Source: Opitutaceae bacterium
GTDB lineage: Bacteria; Verrucomicrobiota; Verrucomicrobiia; Opitutales; Opitutaceae
Direction: 5' to 3'
NCBI GenBank assembly: GCA_017988885.1
Contig: JAGNQV010000001.1
Span: 1-56,180 of the forward strand
Length of the DNA: 56,180 nt
This document shows, piece after piece, positions 38,744-44,485 of the stretch. Made by a program: the position numbers and the translations under genes. Numbering within the stretch: the first letter of the stretch is position 1; each line of letters begins with the position of its first letter. The notes beneath the pieces are model-generated. The model had not been told where the DNA came from. It saw only the letters and a program-made list of their open reading frames with translations, and did not search any database.

Positions 38744-38971
38744 GTGCATAGCGCCACCAAGCTTCAGCGCCTCCTAGGCGATACCTTTCGGACCGGCCGC
38801 AAAGAGCAAGGTCTCAGCCAAGAATCACTTGCGGAAGCCGCAGGCTTGAGCCGTAATTACTATGGCAGCCTTGAGCGCGGGGAAAAAATGCCCTCTGCCT
38901 TGACCGTTATCCAGATTGCCGGGGCCTTGAAACTGAGCGGCGCTGAACTGCTTGCTCGGGCCAAAGTCTGA
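38744..38971 (+). CDS. XRE-family helix-turn-helix transcriptional regulator
   Basis: GLSQESLAEAAGLSRNYYGSLERGEKMPSALTVIQIAGAL is a canonical Cro/C1 HTH. The track ORF starts at 38624 (TTG) and would overlap the integrase; an in-frame GTG at 38744 gives a 75-aa protein. Confidence 0.75.
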   Translation: MHSATKLQRLLGDTFRTGRKEQGLSQESLAEAAGLSRNYYGSLERGEKMPSALTVIQIAGALKLSGAELLARAKV

Positions 38972-39556
38972 TTTCGATCGTCCACCCCACCAGCGCAGGT
39001 AACTGATTTTGGCCATCTACGAATTTTAGCCGGCGCCTCGGCGACACAGCGCTGATCAACCAGAATGCCGTGGCCCACACCGCCTGAGGCGGGGTCTGCC
39101 CTGACGATGGCGATTCAGCGTGCGCTTCTCCGGCGACTGCTCAGCGAAACTACCCGGCCGGCCTTCATTGGCCAACCCACCGCGTCGAGATACTCGTCGG
39201 CCAGCCCGGTGGCGTCACGCCCCCTGAGATTATGTTGGATTAGGCCAATCATATCAGGGGCCTTCGAGCCCATGATGCGAACGAGGATGCGGCCAGCGGC
39301 CAGAAACACGCGATAGTCTCTAGCCGGGAGGGGTATCTTTAATATTAAGAAACAGGAGGAGGTGTGCATGGATCATGACCATAAGATTCACCGCCTAGCC
39401 GTTAGCATTCAGGCTCGCGCCGGGCGGAAGTTTGGGGTGGATACGTGGATTCGGAGTGAACCCACGGCAGGTTTTACGGTCTCCATGATAACATACCCCA
39501 ACGCGGTTCGTATCGGCACGAAGCGCACCACATTCGGCGATTCGCGCTCACCCATC

Positions 39557-40573
39557 CTATGGGCGGATATCACTCGGCAGACGGTCACTGACTCGACGAA
39601 ACCATCGCCCCATCATCGTGTCGTCCGAGAACCCACACTCTTGCGCAATTTCAAGGGTCCGTATGCTCGTGGTTTCCAGTAGCTCCTGCGCCTTCGCAAC
39701 CCTGCGCCGCATCACATAATTATGCGGCGTTAGACTGAAACTCCGTTTGAATAACCGGCCAAAGTAGCTCGTGCTTTGATAGCCGGCTGCTTTTGCCAAA
39801 GTCCCCAATCGCAGCGAATCGGCAAGATGCTCGTCAATATGGCGACTCACCCGCCTTAGCGCCCAATCCGGCAACCCGCCGGCCAGATCTGCCCGGGCGC
39901 CCGAAGCATATATCGCCTGGAGGATGTGGGCACCCAAAACCGTGCCCATCGCCTCGATGTAGAGCTGACTGGTCTTTTCCCGCCCACCGCAAATCCGCCG
40001 GAAGGCTTTCGATAGCTGTCCAATGACTTCGTCCCGGCTCGTCAATTGCGACAGCGGCATCATTTCAAACTCCAGGATATCTTGTTCAATCGTCTCCCGA
40101 ACAAAGGCCCGCTCCGCGTAGAGTGTGATCATATCCGCTTCCTTCGGACAAATGAGCGCATGAGGTCTGCCGGCCGGAATCACCCACACTGTTGGCCCCG
40201 ATACGTGAGCCTCAGCCCACTCTCCATAGGCATCCTTAACCCGAATCGTGCACTCGACGTCATCCAGCAAGCCGACCACCTGATCCTGCACGTGCCAGTG
40301 TTCACCCCATTCGTTCGGCGGATGGCGGTCACAGTATACGCTGACACCGCGTCCAGGATTGAGGCTGCGGCGGTAGCCATTGGCTGCCGGAGGCAAGAGA
40401 GAGGGATTGGGTTCGAGTAAAGCGAACCCTCCTTCGGGGTGAGCGTCGGTCATTAAGTTAGGAAATGCCCGCGCAGCCCGGCACGGGGACATTCCGCATC
40501 GTAACAACAAACCATTCGCTTGAATCGGCAGAATGCGCGTATGTTTCGGCAAAACGCGCTGCGCGTTACTCAA
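39557..40573 (-). CDS. AraC-family transcriptional regulator (N-terminal cupin, C-terminal double HTH)
   Basis: C-terminus LGTLAKAAGYQSTSYFGRLFKRSFSLTPHNYV...IAQECGFSDDTMMGRWFRR. Start uncertain: TTG 40573, ATG 40492 or ATG 40453. Confidence 0.8.
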   Translation of the reverse strand: MSNAQRVLPKHTRILPIQANGLLLRCGMSPCRAARAFPNLMTDAHPEGGFALLEPNPSLLPPAANGYRRSLNPGRGVSVYCDRHPPNEWGEHWHVQDQVVGLLDDVECTIRVKDAYGEWAEAHVSGPTVWVIPAGRPHALICPKEADMITLYAERAFVRETIEQDILEFEMMPLSQLTSRDEVIGQLSKAFRRICGGREKTSQLYIEAMGTVLGAHILQAIYASGARADLAGGLPDWALRRVSRHIDEHLADSLRLGTLAKAAGYQSTSYFGRLFKRSFSLTPHNYVMRRRVAKAQELLETTSIRTLEIAQECGFSDDTMMGRWFRRVSDRLPSDIRP

Positions 40574-41000
40574 CGCGATTGCACTGACCCAGTGGCAATG
40601 TTTCCCCTAAAGGATGAATCGAAGCCAAGGGCGATGGGTTACCCGCAATCAAGCCAAAGGCTGAAAGTCTCAAATTGTCGGTGAAAACCTATCACGCCCA
40701 CCACTCACTCATCTATTCGTTAACGTTAGCAAAGATGCCCAGACCTAAAATACGACTCATCCAACCGGGCCCACCTCATAGGTATCACCGGCCACCGCCA
40801 ACACCGACTTGAAGGATTCTGCGGGTCGCGTTCCGGCAGGCCGTGGTAGAGGGCATCTTCAAACTGCCGGTTTTCAAGTAAGACCCTCAACGAGGAAGGC
40901 AAAGCCTTCCTCGTCACACCTGCCAGCAGGCGGGGTGCGGCACCGCGTAGGTCTGGCCCTCCAGTCGGTCAAGAATGAAAGCTTGCCAGCGGCCTATCCC

Positions 41001-41030
41001 TGTAAGAAATAGTGCCCTGTTTTTCTTACA
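41001..41030. promoter_or_regulatory. 9-bp inverted repeat TGTAAGAAA-N12-TTTCTTACA immediately upstream of the AbiEi ATG (candidate autoregulatory operator)
   Basis: Read directly. It ends 8 nt before the ATG at 41039. Confidence 0.5.
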
Positions 41031-41038
41031 AGAATGCT

Positions 41039-41659
41039 ATGGCCAATCTGTCACAAAGTATCGAGCAATCAGTGACTAGCCGGATTTACGGTAGAGGTAG
41101 GGGTTGCGTGTTCACCCCGAATGACTTTCTGGACCTCGGAAGTCGAGGCTCCATCGACCTTTCCCTGCATCGTCTGACCGATGCCGGCACCATCCGCCGT
41201 ATCGCCCGCGGCCTCTATCATTACCCGGAAAGCCACGCCCTGCTGGGCGAAGTGGGCCCTTCCATTGAGGCGATGGCCAAGGCCTTGGCGGCCAGTGAAC
41301 AGGTCAAATTGCAGCCCTCCGGGGCCTACGCGGCCAATCTCTTGGGGCTTTCCGAACAGGTGCCGGCCAAGGTCGTGTTCCTCACCAGCGGTCGGGCCCG
41401 CAAGGTGAAGCTCGGCAAGCTCATCATCGAGTTGCGGCCCACGACACCGCGCAAAGTGGCGGCGGCGGGCCGCACGAGCGGGCTCGTGTTGGCCGCGTTG
41501 CGGTATTTGGGGAAAAATCACATTGCCTCGGATCGAATCGCCCATTTGCGGAAAACGCTGTCCACCGAGGACCGGCGACAGTTGCTCACAGATTTGCCAA
41601 GTGCTCCCGCTTGGTTGCATCCCCATCTGCGGGCCATCGCCGCGAAGGCATCGCCATGA
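41039..41659 (+). CDS. AbiEi-type (DUF6088-like) type IV toxin-antitoxin antitoxin
   Basis: RIYGRGRGCVFTPNDFLDLGSRGSIDLSLHRLTDAGTIRRIARGLYHYP N-terminal wHTH pattern. ATGA overlap with the downstream AbiEii-like frame. The track ORF starts at GTG 41012; ATG 41039 is preferred. Confidence 0.7.
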   Translation: MANLSQSIEQSVTSRIYGRGRGCVFTPNDFLDLGSRGSIDLSLHRLTDAGTIRRIARGLYHYPESHALLGEVGPSIEAMAKALAASEQVKLQPSGAYAANLLGLSEQVPAKVVFLTSGRARKVKLGKLIIELRPTTPRKVAAAGRTSGLVLAALRYLGKNHIASDRIAHLRKTLSTEDRRQLLTDLPSAPAWLHPHLRAIAAKASP

Positions 41660-42680
41660 GCACGTTTGCAACCCTGACCGCGAAAGAGCGCGAACTGTTC
41701 TTCCGCCAGTATCAGGGAAAACGCGGCGTCGATCCCGTCATTGCGGAAAAGGATTTCTGGGTTTGCTGGTTGCTCGGCCGGATCTTCGAACAACCCCAAC
41801 TCACGGACGCGTGCGTGTTCAAAGGCGGCACCTCCCTTTCAAAAGTGTTCGGGGCCATCGAACGATTCTCCGAAGACCTCGACCTTGCCATCATTCCCGC
41901 CTCGCTCGGATGGAAAGAGTCCGACCTCGACCAAGCACCCTCACGCACCAAGCGGGAGGAGCGCATGGCCGAGTTGGAGGCGGCCTGTGCCGCTGCCGTG
42001 GAGGCGACGTGGCAGCCACAGCTGGAGGAATCCGTCCATGCGGTGCTTGGCGCGCCAACCGATCGCGCCCACTGATTGACGTATCGCTTCGACGAGGCCG
42101 CCCGCTCTCCGGTCATCTTCTTCGCGTATCCCGGCGCCCTGCCTCGCGGCGTCGCCTACATTGCCCGCGAGGTGAAGATCGAATTCGGATCCCTGACGGA
42201 CCAGCGTCCCATCGGACGCCATCCGATTCAGGCCTTCGTCGCCGAACTCGCCCCGGGAGCCTTCACCGACTTTCAAGCGGAGGTCGTCGCCTTGGAACTG
42301 GAGCGCACGTTTTGAGAGAAGGCCACGATCCTGCACGCCGAATTTCATCGCCCGGCCGACCGCCAGATGAGGGACCGGCATGCCCGGCACTATGCGGACT
42401 TCGTGGCGTTGTGGCGGCACGCACCGGCTCAGGCTGCGCGCAGTCGCCTCGATTTGTTGGAGCGGGTGCGCCTCCACAAATCCCGTTTCTTTCCTCCAGC
42501 TGGGCTAACTACGCTACTGCGGTCCCCGGTTCGCTACGCCTAGTGCCGCCCGCAGCACGGATCGACGCTCTGCGCGAAGATTACGAGGCGATGCAGCAGA
42601 TGTTCCTCGGCGAACGCATGCCGTTCGAAACGGTGCTCGCTGTTCTGCAGGAAGCCGAGGCCACGTTGAATCACTCCTGA
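41656..42680 (+). pseudogene. AbiEii/AbiGii nucleotidyltransferase toxin, disrupted (two in-frame TGA codons and one frameshift)
   Basis: KDFWVCWLLGRIF...VFKGGTSLSKVFGAIERFSEDLDL, then in-frame TGA at 42073-42075. IFFAYPG...VKIEFGS...LERTF, then in-frame TGA at 42313-42315. EKATILH...RHYADFVALW...HKSRFF, then the frame changes near 42484-42500 to SSWANYATAVPGSLRLVPP...LNHS, ending at 42680. Confidence 0.75.
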
Positions 42681-42729
42681 GATTGCAGCGGTGCCGAGGA
42701 GCGCTGACAGCTGACTGGTTGTTACTTGC

Positions 42730-43656
42730 TTAGTCCGATTGGGCGATCATGAGGCCCGATCCACTGGCGTCCCGCACCACCATGCCACAACCAGAGCCGG
42801 AGGCATAGAGCCTCCGGACCACAGCACCCTGCAACTGGCGCTCCACCATCTTGCGCAGAGGACGTGCACCCAGTTGGGGGTGAAAACCCTCGCGCACTAG
42901 GAACTCCATCGCCTCGCGACTTATCTCCAAATCATAACCAACGCCGCACAGGCGGGATGTTTCCCGCCGCACTTCCAATTCACAGATTCGCCGCTGCGCA
43001 TCGGAAGTAAGTTTCTGGAAAACCAACACTTCATCCAACCGTCCGAATAACTCCGGGCGCAGACATTCCCGCAGCCGACGCAATACCGCCTGTTCAACTC
43101 GGGTGGCGCTAGAATGCGCCATCCGCATCGCCTCGGCGCCGCCAATGTTTGTCGCGAAACCGACGTAGTAATTGCCAAAATGAAACGTCTGTCCGGTCGC
43201 GACAGTCACCCGTCCATCCCACAGAATTTGCAAAAACACATCCAGAAGCGAAACCCAGGCTTTATCCATTTCGTCGAAGAACAAGGCCCCATCGGGATGG
43301 GCGATGAGTGCGCGGCCTAAAAGCCCGGGATCGTCGCGGCCTTGGCCGAGCAGCCGGTGCACCGCCAACTCGTCCTGATACTCCGACATATCGAAGGCCA
43401 CAAGTTTACCCGGTCCCAATGCGTATTCCACCGCACACTTAAAGGTTTCGGACTTACCGGAACCGGTGGGACCGGCAAACAGTAACGAGCCTCGCGGGCG
43501 CGCAGGATCAACGATGCCACATTCGCCACTACCAAAGACAGCCGCCACACGAGGCAGCAGGTGATCCTGCCCAATAATGCGGGAACGCAAGTGCGCCTCG
43601 AGACCGCGCAGCTGCTCGATACGTGCGGGATCAATCACGTTGCTTTTGCCTTCCAA
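42730..43656 (-). CDS. stand-alone AAA+ ATPase of the ClpA/ClpB second-nucleotide-binding-domain (AAA_2 + D2-small) type
   Basis: IIGQDHL...PRGSLLFAGPTGSGKSE (Walker A), AFDMSEY, ALFFDEMDKA (Walker B), LQILWDGRVT, and GARPLRKMVERQL (sensor-2 / D2-small). No N-domain, NBD1 or middle domain. Confidence 0.75.
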   Translation of the reverse strand: MEGKSNVIDPARIEQLRGLEAHLRSRIIGQDHLLPRVAAVFGSGECGIVDPARPRGSLLFAGPTGSGKSETFKCAVEYALGPGKLVAFDMSEYQDELAVHRLLGQGRDDPGLLGRALIAHPDGALFFDEMDKAWVSLLDVFLQILWDGRVTVATGQTFHFGNYYVGFATNIGGAEAMRMAHSSATRVEQAVLRRLRECLRPELFGRLDEVLVFQKLTSDAQRRICELEVRRETSRLCGVGYDLEISREAMEFLVREGFHPQLGARPLRKMVERQLQGAVVRRLYASGSGCGMVVRDASGSGLMIAQSD

Positions 43657-44102
43657 GTGCCGGCGACCTGCCAGCCGCGTGCCTTCGGCGGAAATTTATC
43701 CAAGAACGCCTGCACCTCGGACCCGATGGCTCCGCCGTTGCGGAGCGCCCGTAAAATCGCCCGCACCACAAACGCGCGCGTCGCAATCACACCGGCGTCC
43801 GCCAAGGCCACCACAACCGCGTCCAGCTTCCTGACCTGATCGCGTGGCAGATCGAGCGTCGGGTGACCAGTTATATTCCCGGACTCGCGGGGACCGTCCT
43901 TCTTTTCATAGGCCGCGTGAAGGAGAAGGGCATGCGCCTGCATTTCCACCGGCGAGGTCAGGTAAATCAGAGCGCGTAAAAAAGTGCCGGCGCGCACCTC
44001 GACCCCTGCCCGCTTCAATTCTGCGTTCCGCGCCTTCAAGGCAGTCATGTCCTCAGCGTAAAAGGAGAAACTCACCTTGATCGGTTTTGCACCTGAATTC
44101 AT
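43635..44102 (-). CDS. hypothetical DNA-binding protein with two ribbon-helix-helix-like units
   Basis: Two segments with an RHH beta-strand plus helix pattern (KVSFSFYAEDMTALKAR... and TLDLPRDQVRKLDAVVVALAD...). Divergent from the T4SS operon. Overlaps the AAA+ gene by 22 nt. Confidence 0.4.
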   Translation of the reverse strand: MNSGAKPIKVSFSFYAEDMTALKARNAELKRAGVEVRAGTFLRALIYLTSPVEMQAHALLLHAAYEKKDGPRESGNITGHPTLDLPRDQVRKLDAVVVALADAGVIATRAFVVRAILRALRNGGAIGSEVQAFLDKFPPKARGWQVAGTWKAKAT

Positions 44103-44117
44103 GGCGTTACCTCTATT

Positions 44118-44159
44118 CCCATACGTTTAGTTTTGACAAGGGTATATTTTTCGTATGGG
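44118..44159. promoter_or_regulatory. 8-bp inverted repeat CCCATACG-N26-CGTATGGG bracketing a consensus -35 TTGACA (44133-44138); candidate promoter/operator of the T4SS operon
   Basis: Read directly in the 66-nt divergent intergenic region. The -10 is weak (TATGGG at 44154, 15-nt spacing). Confidence 0.4.
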
Positions 44160-44168
44160 TTTTGAGAA

Positions 44169-44477
44169 ATGATGATTTTCCCCCTGCTTCCTGCCCTCCG
44201 GGTCAAGGCCGCGATGCTGACCAAGGGCACGACCGTCCTGGCCCAGCTTCAGCAGCTGCGCGAAGGCTTCGGCAGTGCCCTCGTGCTGATCTTCATGGTC
44301 GGGTTTTTCTGGGGGATCATCAAAATCTGGTCCGGGGCCAACGCCATCAGCAAGGGCGATAGCGAAGGCAAGGGCGGGATCCTCGCCGGGATCATCATTG
44401 CGGCAGCTGCATCCATCATGGGAGCGCTCTTCGCCATCTTCGGCATGCAGGATGCGGTCGTAACCCCGCGGTTTTGA
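44169..44477 (+). CDS. TrbC/VirB2-like pilin candidate
   Basis: About 100 aa with two hydrophobic helices (ALVLIFMVGFFWGIIKIW and GILAGIIIAAAASIMGALFAIFG) separated by a short charged loop. First gene of the T4SS operon. Start could be an internal Met. Confidence 0.55.
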   Translation: MMIFPLLPALRVKAAMLTKGTTVLAQLQQLREGFGSALVLIFMVGFFWGIIKIWSGANAISKGDSEGKGGILAGIIIAAAASIMGALFAIFGMQDAVVTPRF

Positions 44478-44485
44478 GGAAAACC

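Noticed and set aside
40409-40429. GGGTTCG-AGTAAAG-CGAACCC hairpin resembling a tRNA T-arm
   Set aside because: It lies inside the AraC-family coding frame. No acceptor, D or anticodon arms could be built around it. I found no tRNA in the window.
42073-42315. Possibility that the two in-frame TGA codons in the AbiEii-like gene are recoded (Trp, Gly or Sec)
   Set aside because: TGA clearly terminates many well-supported genes in this window (ParA-like, VirB-like genes and others). The same gene also carries a frameshift, so decay is the simpler explanation.
41523-42680. 385-aa ORF spanning the whole AbiE toxin region
   Set aside because: Only its last ~60 codons (SSWANYATAVPG...LNHS) match the AbiEii family. 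The rest is an off-frame Arg/Pro-rich shadow. It is better explained as the C-terminal fragment of a frameshifted pseudogene.
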